Shown here piece by piece: positions 50,538 to 61,414 of a stretch of 64,000 nucleotides of DNA (position 1 is the stretch's first letter; each line of letters begins with the position of its first letter). The notes beneath the pieces were generated by a model. That model searched no databases, had not been told where the DNA came from, and saw only the letters and a program-made list of their open reading frames with translations. Source of the DNA: an uncultured delta proteobacterium (GTDB taxonomy: Bacteria > Myxococcota > UBA727 > VGSZ01); the NCBI GenBank assembly GCA_963775425.1, contig CAVZJB010000003.1:192001-256000 (forward strand), in the 5' to 3' direction. A program made the translations under genes and the position numbers.

Positions 50538-52835
50538 ATGAGGCGAGCCCTTCTGGCGCTCGCCGGCGGAGCGTTCACGCTCTTGCCGGCGTACACGTGC
50601 GGCGCTCCCGCGGGCGATGACTTCGTGAGCACGCCGGATGGCGACGGGGTTCCGTTCGACGGAGATCCCGGACCGGCGCCCACGGGCCAGCGCTTCGACG
50701 ACGTCGAGGTCGTCGACGGCTGCGGCCGCACGCACCTCGCGTTCCGCCTCGTCGACGAGATCTGCGGCGCCGACGGCGCGCTGCCCTCACCCGCGGACCT
50801 CGCCGCGCCGATGATCCGCGACGGCGCATTCGTGGACGACACGTTGTACGCCGTCGACGGCTCCGCCCTCTGGGTGCTCGGCGCCTCCAATCCCACGGCG
50901 CTCGTGCGGCGCTCGCTCACCGCCGGCGTCGGCGAGGCGCTCGCGGTGGCCGCCGCCGGCGACCGCGTGTGGCTCGCGGAGGGCGACGCCGGCCTGGTCG
51001 CTGTGTCCACCGCCGACCCCGCGCGCCCGGCGATCGTCGACGAGCTCGCCCTGCCGGGGCCCGCCTTCGATGTCGCCGTGGACGGCGACACCGGCGTCAT
51101 CGCCGCGGCCCTCGGCGCCGCGGGCCTCGCGCTCGTCGATCAGGCGCTCCCTCCGGTCCCCGACCCGAACGACCCGGGCGCCGACGGGGAGCGCTTCTCA
51201 ATCGTCGACGTCGGCGGCCCGGCCGTCTCCGTCACGCTCGACGGCGGCCGCGCATACGTCGCCACCTGCGACGGCCTCGTGATCGTCGACGTCGCCGGCC
51301 GCGAGGTGCTCGGCGCCGCGCGCGGCGACGCGTTCGTCCCCGGCGCCGTCGTCGACGGGGTCAATGAGGCGCCGGCCAAGGACGTCGCCGTGGTCGGCTC
51401 GCTGGCCTTCGTGGCCGCGGGCCGCGCCGGCGTGGTCGCCGTCGACGTCGGCGACGCCGCGAGCCCGCGCGCCGTCGGCCAGTGCACCGACGCGCACGCG
51501 CTCGATCACTACGTGAACGGCGTGAAGGTCGACGACGGGCGCCTGGTGGTGGCCGCCGGCGAAGCCGGCGTCGACGTCGTCGAGGACCCGCTGGCCACCT
51601 GCGGCGACGGCTTCGCGGCCTCCGTCGACGTCTCGCCGCCCCTGCCGGTGGTGGACGCCGCGTGCCGTCCGGTCCCGCCGTGGTCCATCCTCGACGTCGT
51701 GTCGTGGGAGCCGCCGCCGCTCTTCTTCGACCCGGTGCAGCTCGTCGTGCACGACGGCCACGCGTGGTCCTTCGGCGACGCCCGCCGAAACGGCGTCCGC
51801 GCCGTCGACGTGTGGACGCTCCCCGACGTCACCCACGCGGGTCGCTATCAGGAGCCGCGCCGCGTGAGCGGCATCGCCGCGCGCGACGGCGTCGTCGCGC
51901 TGGCGGGGGTGCCCGCGCCCGACGGCGGCGCCGGATCGCCGGGCAGCCTGTGGATCGAGACCGACGACGATCGGCTGCTCGTGAAAGACACGCTCGCGGA
52001 CACCCCGTGGCTGCAGGGGACACCGGGCTTGCTCAGGGACGGCACGCCGGTGTCGGTCGCCCGCGGCACGCTCCTCGTCGGCCACACCGACGACCACGGC
52101 CTCGACACCATCGACGGCAAGTACGCGTCCCCGTACGCGATCCCGTTGCCTGAGCAGGTGTCGCCGCGGCACCTCGTCATCGAGGACGACGGGCGGCTCG
52201 ACGTCGCGGTCCCCGACGGCGTCGCCTCGGTGAGCCCCGGCGCCATCGCCACCGGCAGCGCCACCGGCCAACGCCTCGACGCCCTCGGCCGCACCGCCGC
52301 GCTCGCGCCCGACATCGCCGGCACCGGCGACGACGTCGTCGTCGCGGCGCCGGAGTGGGCGAACGCGCTCGGCTTGAGCGGCGCCGCCTACGCGGCCCCC
52401 GGCGCGTTCACCGCCGACGAGATCCTCGACGTCGCGCTGTGGCGCACCGGCCCGCCGCGGCGCGTGCTCGCCGCCGACCCCGAGCAGCTCGGCGTGGTGC
52501 TCGAGGCCGCCGCCATCGCCGACCGCGGCGCGCTCATCGTGCACGGCGGCGTCTGCGCGGGCGCGGTGCCGCCGGCGCCCTACGTCGACGCCGTGCTGCG
52601 CGGCGATCGCGCGTACCTGCTCGCCGCGGACGTCGGGCGCATGCGCAGCGAGCTCGTGCGCGTCGACGTCGGCGGCGCCCGGCCGCTGGTGCTCGGCGTG
52701 AACGCGTTCACCGGCTCCGCCGTGGGCATGACGACGACGGCGGACCGGCTCTACGTCGCCGACGCCGACGGCGCCATCCGCGTGTATGCGCTGCCCGGGG
52801 CCACGTTGCTCGGCGTCGTCGGCGGTGCCCCATGA
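50538..52835 (+). CDS. Secreted LVIVD-repeat beta-propeller protein
   Basis: Signal peptide; repeated AYVA..DGLVIVDV and AFVAAG..GVVAVDV..P motifs. Confidence 0.8.
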   Translation: MRRALLALAGGAFTLLPAYTCGAPAGDDFVSTPDGDGVPFDGDPGPAPTGQRFDDVEVVDGCGRTHLAFRLVDEICGADGALPSPADLAAPMIRDGAFVDDTLYAVDGSALWVLGASNPTALVRRSLTAGVGEALAVAAAGDRVWLAEGDAGLVAVSTADPARPAIVDELALPGPAFDVAVDGDTGVIAAALGAAGLALVDQALPPVPDPNDPGADGERFSIVDVGGPAVSVTLDGGRAYVATCDGLVIVDVAGREVLGAARGDAFVPGAVVDGVNEAPAKDVAVVGSLAFVAAGRAGVVAVDVGDAASPRAVGQCTDAHALDHYVNGVKVDDGRLVVAAGEAGVDVVEDPLATCGDGFAASVDVSPPLPVVDAACRPVPPWSILDVVSWEPPPLFFDPVQLVVHDGHAWSFGDARRNGVRAVDVWTLPDVTHAGRYQEPRRVSGIAARDGVVALAGVPAPDGGAGSPGSLWIETDDDRLLVKDTLADTPWLQGTPGLLRDGTPVSVARGTLLVGHTDDHGLDTIDGKYASPYAIPLPEQVSPRHLVIEDDGRLDVAVPDGVASVSPGAIATGSATGQRLDALGRTAALAPDIAGTGDDVVVAAPEWANALGLSGAAYAAPGAFTADEILDVALWRTGPPRRVLAADPEQLGVVLEAAAIADRGALIVHGGVCAGAVPPAPYVDAVLRGDRAYLLAADVGRMRSELVRVDVGGARPLVLGVNAFTGSAVGMTTTADRLYVADADGAIRVYALPGATLLGVVGGAP

Positions 52836-53791
52836 GGGCGCTCGTCGTCGTCAGGGCCGGCCTGGCGTTCGCCGCCGTCGCGCTCGCGGGCTGCACGTTC
52901 GACCCCGGCCCGCTCGACTTCAACCTCTTCCCCGACCTCCCGCAGGAGGACTTCGTCAAGGACAATCCGCCGTCCGTCGACGTCACCCTCCTCGCCGACG
53001 AGAGCGCCATCGGGCCCGACGGCGAGGTGCAGATCGACACGTGGGACGATCTGTCGAGCAGCGTCAGGCTCGACGTCACCTTCGCCAACACCGTGTCGAT
53101 GGACGTGCCGCTCGGGACCGTCACGCTCACCGGCGCGGAGCTCGGCGAGGGCTACGGCGACATCCGCGCCGTCGCCCACGACGACGACGGCGGCCACACC
53201 GACGTCGTCACCGGGCGCGTCCTCGTCGACCTCACGCCGCCCGAGATCGATCTTTCGCCCTGCATCGTCGGCGGCGACGGCGCGTTGTCGGCGGCCGTGG
53301 GCGACGCGTGGGCCCTCGGCTCCATCGACCTCACCGTCGGCGACGCCAACTTCCACGAGGACTTCCCGCAGTGGCCCGCCACGCTCGGCAGCGACTGGGA
53401 CTGGACGCTCTTCGAGGTCCCCGCGGCGCAGCTCCCGGCGGGGGCGACCACCGCGACCCTCATCGCCATCGACCACGTCGGCAACGAGACCGACGCCACC
53501 TGCGATCTGCTCGTCGACACGTCGGCGCCGGAGGTGACGCTCACCGCCAGCCTCGACGACGACGGCGTCATCCACGCCATCGTCTCCGCCTCCGACGACG
53601 ACACCGGGGCCGAGCCGTCGCTCGAGGTCGCGTCCCGCGGCGCGGTGCTCGCGGAGGGCAGCGGCCCGTCCACCGGCTTCACGCTCACGGCGGCCGACTT
53701 CCCGGCGGGCCCGCTGCCGCTCGAGGGCCGCGCGATCGACCGCGCGGGCAACGTGGGGGTGTCGGCGCCGGTGGTGCTCGAGATCCGCTGA
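52832..53791 (+). CDS. Lipoprotein with Ig-like domains
   Basis: Lipobox LAGC; VD.TPP, A.D..GN and DRAGN motifs; ATG overlaps the upstream stop. Confidence 0.75.
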   Translation: MRALVVVRAGLAFAAVALAGCTFDPGPLDFNLFPDLPQEDFVKDNPPSVDVTLLADESAIGPDGEVQIDTWDDLSSSVRLDVTFANTVSMDVPLGTVTLTGAELGEGYGDIRAVAHDDDGGHTDVVTGRVLVDLTPPEIDLSPCIVGGDGALSAAVGDAWALGSIDLTVGDANFHEDFPQWPATLGSDWDWTLFEVPAAQLPAGATTATLIAIDHVGNETDATCDLLVDTSAPEVTLTASLDDDGVIHAIVSASDDDTGAEPSLEVASRGAVLAEGSGPSTGFTLTAADFPAGPLPLEGRAIDRAGNVGVSAPVVLEIR

Positions 53792-53836
53792 GCGCGGGCG
53801 TGGCGGCCGGGCGCCCGGCGCGCTAGGTCCCGGGGC

Positions 53837-55987
53837 GTGATTCCCGAGGACGTGATCAACGAGATCAAGCGGCGGGCGGACCTCGCCGCCGTCGTCGGGC
53901 GCACCGTCAAGCTGAAGAAGAGCGGGCGCAACCTCGTCGGGTTGTGCCCGTTTCACCAGGAAAAGACCCCCTCGTTCAACGTCCGCCCCGACGAGGGCTT
54001 CTTCTACTGCTTCGGCTGCAAGGCCGCCGGCGACGTCGTCGAGTTCCTGGTGCGCACCACGGGCCGCGGCTTCCTCGACGTCATCAGCGAGCTCGCGGAG
54101 CAGACCGGCGTCGAGATCCCCAAGGCCGACGTCGACCCCGCCGAGGAGGAGCGGCAGCGCGAGCGCAAGCGTCTGCTGCGCGTCCTCGAGCTGACGCAGG
54201 TGTTCTTCCGCACCCGCCTGGCCGCCGACGAGGGCAAGGCCGCGCGCGCCTACCTCAACGACGTCCGCAAGATCGACGAGGCCACCGTCGACCAGTTCGG
54301 CCTCGGCTTCGCCGGCGTGCGCGACGACGGCCTCGCCTCGTTCCTCAAGGAGCAGGGCGTCTCCGTCGAGGACGGCGTCGCCGCCGGCGTCATCGGCAAC
54401 AGCGAGCGCGGCCCGTACGACTTCTTCCGCCACCGCATCACCATCCCCATCCGCAACGCGCGCGGGCAGGTGGTCTCCTTCCAGGGCCGCATCTTCGGCG
54501 AGCGCGACCAGATGCCCGACGGCCGGAAGCGGCCCAAGTACGTGAACGGCCACAACTCACCGGTCTACGACAAGTCCGCGGTGCTCTTCGGCCTGTTCGA
54601 GGCGCAGCAGGGGCTCCGCCAGAAGATGCCCGCGGTCCTCGTCGAGGGGCCGCTCGACGCCATCGCGGTCGCCCGCGCCGGCGTCCCCACCGCGGTCGCC
54701 CCCTGCGGCACCGGGCTCACGCCCCGGCACATCGACGAGGTGGCGGCCAAGACCGAGCGCGTGGTGGTGTGCACCGACGCCGACAAGGCCGGCCGGGACG
54801 CCGCCACCCGCGCCGTCTTGATGTTCCTGCAGCGCGGCCTCGACGTCGGGCTGGTCGCGCTCCCCGACAAGGACCCCGACGCCATGGCCAAGGAGGGCCG
54901 CCTCGACGAGCTCCGCGGCATCGTCCTCGGGGCGCCCTCCGCGCTCGACGCCCTCATCGCGCGCGCGAGAGAGAAGGCGACCGGCAACATGGGCGCGCGC
55001 GTGCAGGCCCTCGACGAGCTGCTGCCGTTCCTCGCGGCGCCGGCGCGGGAGCTGGTGCGGGCGGAAGCCGCGCGGGCGGTGGCGCGCGCGTTCAACGAGG
55101 ACCCCGCCGTCATCCGCCACGAGGTCGAGCAGCGCGGTCGCCGGCTGCTCTCGGACAGGCTGCGCGGCTCGTCGACGGGGGGCGCGCGGCGGCCGGCCCC
55201 CCGGTCGGCGTCGCCGGCGCGCGCGGGCGCAGAGGGCGGCTCGGGGGATCCCCGCGCGGGCGGCGCCGAGCCCCGGCCGGCGGCGCGCCGGGCGCCCCGG
55301 CCTTCGCGGCCGCTGTCGGAGCCGGAGATCATGCTCGTGGAGGCCTTGCTCACGCACCCGCACCTCGCGGCGCGGTGCGGCGTGCTGGTGCCCGCGCTGC
55401 GCAACGAGGAGCTCAAGGCGTTCATCGAGCGGCTCATCGAGCTCCTCGTGCGCTTCCACGACGAGGACGCGCGCGCCGTGCTGCTCGACGACAAGCGCGG
55501 CGTCCCCATCCGACCCAGCGGCCAGATCCGCGGCGTGGTCCTCAAGGTGCAGCAGGGCGGCGGCTTCGCGCGGCCCGACGACTACCTCGCGGAGGGCGCC
55601 GCCGCGCGCATCGTCGAGGACGCCATCCTGACGCTCGACAAGCGCGTCCTCGAGGTCCGCCTGGGCGAATTGCAGCGCCTGCTCGCCGAGGCGGACGAGC
55701 GCGACGACGACGGCGAGCGCAAGCGGCTCCTCGAGGAGCAGGCGGCGCTCGTGGAGGCGCTCAAGGCCCTCGTGGAGCCGCCGCGGAGAGCCCCGCTCGC
55801 GGCGGCGGTGGCCCGCGCGCTGCCGGCGCCGCGCGCCGCCAACGTCGACGAGGAGGGGCCGGCGGGGCAGGGCGAGGCCCCCAGCGGGCCGCCCGACGAG
55901 GCGGGCGAGGGGGCGCCCGACGAGGGCGTCATCGAGGGCGAGGTGCCCTACGCAGGAGATCCCGACGACGACCCCTGGGCGGTCTGA
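53837..55987 (+). CDS. dnaG: DNA primase
   Basis: CPFH..KTPSF...CFGC zinc domain, F.GR, PKY.N, Toprim VEG..D and DxD; upstream of rpoD. Confidence 0.95.
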   Translation: MIPEDVINEIKRRADLAAVVGRTVKLKKSGRNLVGLCPFHQEKTPSFNVRPDEGFFYCFGCKAAGDVVEFLVRTTGRGFLDVISELAEQTGVEIPKADVDPAEEERQRERKRLLRVLELTQVFFRTRLAADEGKAARAYLNDVRKIDEATVDQFGLGFAGVRDDGLASFLKEQGVSVEDGVAAGVIGNSERGPYDFFRHRITIPIRNARGQVVSFQGRIFGERDQMPDGRKRPKYVNGHNSPVYDKSAVLFGLFEAQQGLRQKMPAVLVEGPLDAIAVARAGVPTAVAPCGTGLTPRHIDEVAAKTERVVVCTDADKAGRDAATRAVLMFLQRGLDVGLVALPDKDPDAMAKEGRLDELRGIVLGAPSALDALIARAREKATGNMGARVQALDELLPFLAAPARELVRAEAARAVARAFNEDPAVIRHEVEQRGRRLLSDRLRGSSTGGARRPAPRSASPARAGAEGGSGDPRAGGAEPRPAARRAPRPSRPLSEPEIMLVEALLTHPHLAARCGVLVPALRNEELKAFIERLIELLVRFHDEDARAVLLDDKRGVPIRPSGQIRGVVLKVQQGGGFARPDDYLAEGAAARIVEDAILTLDKRVLEVRLGELQRLLAEADERDDDGERKRLLEEQAALVEALKALVEPPRRAPLAAAVARALPAPRAANVDEEGPAGQGEAPSGPPDEAGEGAPDEGVIEGEVPYAGDPDDDPWAV

Positions 55988-56078
55988 GATGTTGTGATTT
56001 TGTCCGGGGTTGATACACCCTTCGGTCACCGCTCCCCTATTCGCGATCCCCGTCGAACACCTCCCCCACAGGTAGAGA

Positions 56079-58316
<2,238 letters not shown>

Positions 58317-58400
58317 TCCTGGGGCGCGCTGCGCGCGCCGGGGCCTCCGGCCCCCCCGCGCTTCGCGCGGGCCCCCCCGGGCTTGACCGTGCTTCCTTGC

Positions 58401-58567
58401 GGAGCCGCGCGCGGAGCTCGCGCTCGCGCGGCTTCGGGGCTCATTGCCGGATGACGCGGTCCCGAAGTCGCGGCGAACGCGGCCTCCGGAGCCGTCGCGT
58501 TCCGGCCTCACGCGCCCTCCACGACGGCTCCGACCGGCCGCCTTCGCCGCGTCCCCCAATTTTCGGG
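58401..58567. other. Structured non-coding region: two GC-rich hairpins, one about 107 nt long
   Basis: Pairs CCCGAA/TTCGGG, CGCGGCGAA/TTCGCCGCG, GCGGCC/GGCCGC, CGGAGCCGTCG/CGACGGCTCCG (58461-58567) and GGAGCCGCGCG/CGCGCGGCTTC. Confidence 0.55.
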
Positions 58568-58629
58568 TCGCCCCGCGCCTGCGCCGCACGCCCGTGGCGC
58601 GCGCCGCGTCGGCGCGGGCTCTCCCCGGC

Positions 58630-58884
58630 GTAGGGCGCGGGCTTGCCCCGACGTAGGGCGCGGGCTTGCCCCGACGGAGGGCGCGCGCTTGCCCCGACGT
58701 AGGGCGCGGGCTTGCCCCGACGTAGGGCGCGGGCTTGCCCCGACGGAGGGCGCGGGCTTGCCCCGACGGAGGGCGCGGGCTTGCCCCGACGCAGGGCGCG
58801 GGCTTGCCCCGACGCAGGGCGCGGGCTTGCCCCGACGCAGGGCGCGGGCTTGCCCCGACGTAGGGCGCGGGCTTGTCCCGCGCC
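58630..58884 (+). repeat. Tandem array of 23-bp units derived from a GTAG-type REP
   Basis: AGGGCGCGGGCTTGCCCCGACGN starting at 58632, 58655 ... 58839 (10 units), ending in a complete palindrome GTAG-GGCGCGGG-CTTGT-CCCGCGCC; degenerate copy at 58921. Confidence 0.9.
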
Positions 58885-59013
58885 TCGGAGCCCCCGCGCG
58901 CGTCGGCGTCACCCGCCGTCGTACGGCGTGGGCTTGCCCCGCGCCGCCCTCGTGCCCTCGCGAGCTGCGGGCCGGTATCGTCGACAACGCTGGCGCGGCC
59001 TACAGTCCCGGCC

Positions 59014-59448
59014 ATGTTGACGAACCGCTCGGCCCCGCCCGTGACCGTCACCCCGGTCCTCGTCTATCCCGATGTCCGCGCGGCGGTGACGTTTCTCGCC
59101 ACGGCCTTCGGCTTCGAGGAGCGCGTGCGCATAGGCGACGCACACCGCGCGCAGTTGCGGGTGGGCGAGGACGGCGCCGTCGTCGTCGCCGACGTCGGCC
59201 GCGATCGCGTCGCCCCGAGCGCCGGCGTGGTCACGCACGTCCTCAAGGTCCGGGTTCCCGACGTCGACGCCGCCTTCGCTCGCGCCCGCGACGCCGGCGC
59301 GCGCGTCGTCGAGGATCTCACCACGCACGCGTACGGCGAACGCTCCGGCATGCTCGAAGACCCCGCCGGCCACCGCTGGGAGCTCACGCAATCCGTGCGC
59401 GACGTCGCGCCCGAGGAGTGGGGCGGCGTCGCCGTCGGTCGGTGGTGA
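59014..59448 (+). CDS. VOC (glyoxalase/bleomycin resistance) family protein
   Basis: P.L.Y.DV..A..FL..AFGF, V.DVDA.FARA..AGA, YGER....DP.GH.W. Confidence 0.9.
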   Translation: MLTNRSAPPVTVTPVLVYPDVRAAVTFLATAFGFEERVRIGDAHRAQLRVGEDGAVVVADVGRDRVAPSAGVVTHVLKVRVPDVDAAFARARDAGARVVEDLTTHAYGERSGMLEDPAGHRWELTQSVRDVAPEEWGGVAVGRW

Positions 59449-61205
59449 ACGGCTCCGGGGTGGCCTCGCCGCGGATGCGGCGATACACCGCGTCCGGGCC
59501 CGTAGCTCAGCGGTAGAGCAGTCGGCTCATAACCGATCGTGTCGCAGGTTCGAATCCTGCCGGGCCCACAGTTCAAGCGCTCCTCCGCCGCGCGGCCGCT
59601 CCGGATAGGCCCAAGCACCGTCGGCGCGGGTGCGGATCGTCGTGCAGGGCGGTTCGAATCCTGCCGGGCGCGCCAATCGTTGCCCTTCGTCATTTCCGCG
59701 AGGATGGCGAAGGGCTTTTTCATGTCGTAACGCACGGTTACGCCCTCGAGGCGTGGGTTCGAAAGCACCATTTCGAGCAGTTGGCGCTTCTCCGAGGGAG
59801 TGCGCTGGTTCCACAACGATCTCGCCTGCTTGGCCAGTTCGAAAATGCGATCCGCGGTGACGAGGTACTTGTCGTCGAGCTCCTCGCTCGCGGCGCTGAG
59901 CCGGTCGAGCGCCGCGTGCTTCTCGCTGAGCAGAATCTCACGCTGGCGCTGGTACGTGACGTCGTCGAGCTTCCCGTCGACATACATCGCCACGATCTTG
60001 TCCTCGCGGGCTTGCACGTCGTCCACCGTCCGCTTGAGGACGGCGATCTCGCGGCGGCGCTCGGTGCGCACGACCTCGTGGGTCTCGCGGAGCACGCGCG
60101 AGATCTCGTCGGCGAGCGCGTGCGGCAGCTCGATGTTGGCGATCGCGACCTCGAATTGCGCGAGGAGCTGCGCCTCCGTCACGTGGACGCGCTTGGCGTG
60201 AACCCGGTGGCCGTTCGCGCACCGGTAGTAGTCGTACCGCTTGCCGCCGGTCTTGATCTTCGGGTCGTAGGTGATGCGGCAACCGCACTCGGCGCAGACC
60301 AGGAAGCCGGAGAGGGCGCCGGCCGCGCCGAGGGGCGAGCCGTACGCGCCGCGGGTGAAGGTCGCCTGGAGCCGCTCCCACTCGTTGGTGGTGAACACAG
60401 GTTCGTGCTTCCCGCGGTAGCGCTCGTCGCGCCACGTGAACCAGCCCGCGTAGAACTCGTGCTTGAGGATCGCCTCGACGTCGCCCGCGCGGAGTACGCG
60501 GTTCTTGCGGCCGAGCCCCGCCCAGAGCCCTTCGTTCACGATGGACTTGCCGACGCTCTCGAGCGATGCGCCGGCTACGCGCAGCTCGTACATGCGGCGG
60601 ATGAGGGCGCGCCCCGCGGGCAACAGCTCGATGGTGCCGCCACGGTCTCGCACGACCCCATTCGCGCCGACGAGCTTGGCGTTGCGGTAGCCGATGGGCG
60701 GGCGCGTCGGGTACCAGCCGTCCTTCGCCTTCGCGTCCTGCGACTCCTTGGCGCGGCGCGAGAGCTGCCGCGAATAGGTCTTCGCGACGAGCGTATTCAT
60801 CTCGGCCTTGAGCCAGTCGCCTTCGTCGCTGCCCGCGTGAAGCTGCCAGCGCTCATGCGCGACGTGCAACACGAGCTCGTCGCGGCGGATGAGATCTTCG
60901 AGCAGCTCGTAGTCGGTGAAGTTGCGGGTGGTGCGGTCCCAGACCCAAAAGACGAGGTGCCGCACCTTCTCCTTCTTCGCGCGCGCGAGCGCCGCGTGAA
61001 ACATGACGCGGGCCTCGGACGACTTCGCGCTCTCCTCGAGCACGATGACGTCCACGAGGTTGAGGCCGTGCGCCTTCGCGTGCGCGGTGATCCCCTCGCG
61101 CTGCACGCCGGGGCTGTTGTTGTCGCCCTGCTTCTTCGAGGACACCCGCACGACGCCGATCGCGCGGTCCGACTTTCCGAGCCACCGAGCAGCATTCACC
61201 TTCAT
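59064..61205 (-). CDS. Large serine recombinase; recognisable sequence ends about 59650, ORF reads on antisense to the tRNA and VOC gene
   Basis: RVSS catalytic Ser, ESAK, DR..RN, PPIGYRN, CAECG...YYRC zinc ribbon, coiled coil; W-R-A-R-Q-D-S-N is the antisense of the tRNA 3' end. Confidence 0.9.
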   Translation of the reverse strand: MKVNAARWLGKSDRAIGVVRVSSKKQGDNNSPGVQREGITAHAKAHGLNLVDVIVLEESAKSSEARVMFHAALARAKKEKVRHLVFWVWDRTTRNFTDYELLEDLIRRDELVLHVAHERWQLHAGSDEGDWLKAEMNTLVAKTYSRQLSRRAKESQDAKAKDGWYPTRPPIGYRNAKLVGANGVVRDRGGTIELLPAGRALIRRMYELRVAGASLESVGKSIVNEGLWAGLGRKNRVLRAGDVEAILKHEFYAGWFTWRDERYRGKHEPVFTTNEWERLQATFTRGAYGSPLGAAGALSGFLVCAECGCRITYDPKIKTGGKRYDYYRCANGHRVHAKRVHVTEAQLLAQFEVAIANIELPHALADEISRVLRETHEVVRTERRREIAVLKRTVDDVQAREDKIVAMYVDGKLDDVTYQRQREILLSEKHAALDRLSAASEELDDKYLVTADRIFELAKQARSLWNQRTPSEKRQLLEMVLSNPRLEGVTVRYDMKKPFAILAEMTKGNDWRARQDSNRPARRSAPAPTVLGPIRSGRAAEERLNCGPGRIRTCDTIGYEPTALPLSYGPGRGVSPHPRRGHPGAVHHRPTATPPHSSGATSRTDCVSSQRWPAGSSSMPERSPYACVVRSSTTRAPASRARAKAASTSGTRTLRTCVTTPALGATRSRPTSATTTAPSSPTRNCARCASPMRTRSSKPKAVARNVTAARTSG
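59496..59568 (+). tRNA. tRNA with CAT anticodon, probably tRNA-Ile2 (lysidine) rather than Met
   Basis: Acceptor GGGCCCG/CGGGCCC, D arm GCTC/GAGC, anticodon arm GTCGG-CTCATAA-CCGAT, T arm GCAGG-TTCGAAT-CCTGC; CCA not encoded; G1-C72 pair rules out the initiator; position after rpoD as for E. coli ileX. Confidence 0.93.
59651..59675 (+). repeat. att-like copy of a tRNA 3' end
   Basis: GGTTCGAATCCTGCCGGGC is identical to 59547-59565, then continues GCGCCA. Confidence 0.85.
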
Positions 61206-61231
61206 GGTCCACCTCGCGGAGAAAGATCAGA

Positions 61232-61414
61232 TCATGACGGAGAGCGGACGTCACCGGTCGCGCTCACCGTGGCGTCCTCCTGCGCCCACCGATCGAGCAA
61301 CTCGAAGACGTTGGCGATCGTTTGGATGTCGGCGCGGGTGAACCGGACGGCGGCCTCCGGGTTCGCGGGCGAGAACATGCGCAGGTTCCCGCTCGACGTC
61401 TCTTCCAGCAGCAT
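61232..61414 (-). CDS. Small hypothetical protein (60 aa) upstream of the recombinase
   Basis: ATG 61414 preceded by GGAGG; co-oriented with the recombinase; amphipathic helix IANVFELLDRW. Confidence 0.5.
   Translation of the reverse strand: MLLEETSSGNLRMFSPANPEAAVRFTRADIQTIANVFELLDRWAQEDATVSATGDVRSPS

Noticed and set aside
58632-58884. CRISPR array
   Set aside because: The units are contiguous with only one variable base; there are no unique spacers and no cas genes in the window
59064-59640. Genuine 713-aa recombinase with an extra C-terminal domain
   Set aside because: The extension is the antisense of the tRNA and VOC gene, i.e. read-through past the att site
59575-59675. Second intact tRNA (Arg)
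   Set aside because: Only the T-loop and 3' acceptor strand are present; the T-stem is disrupted and no proper D or anticodon arms fold
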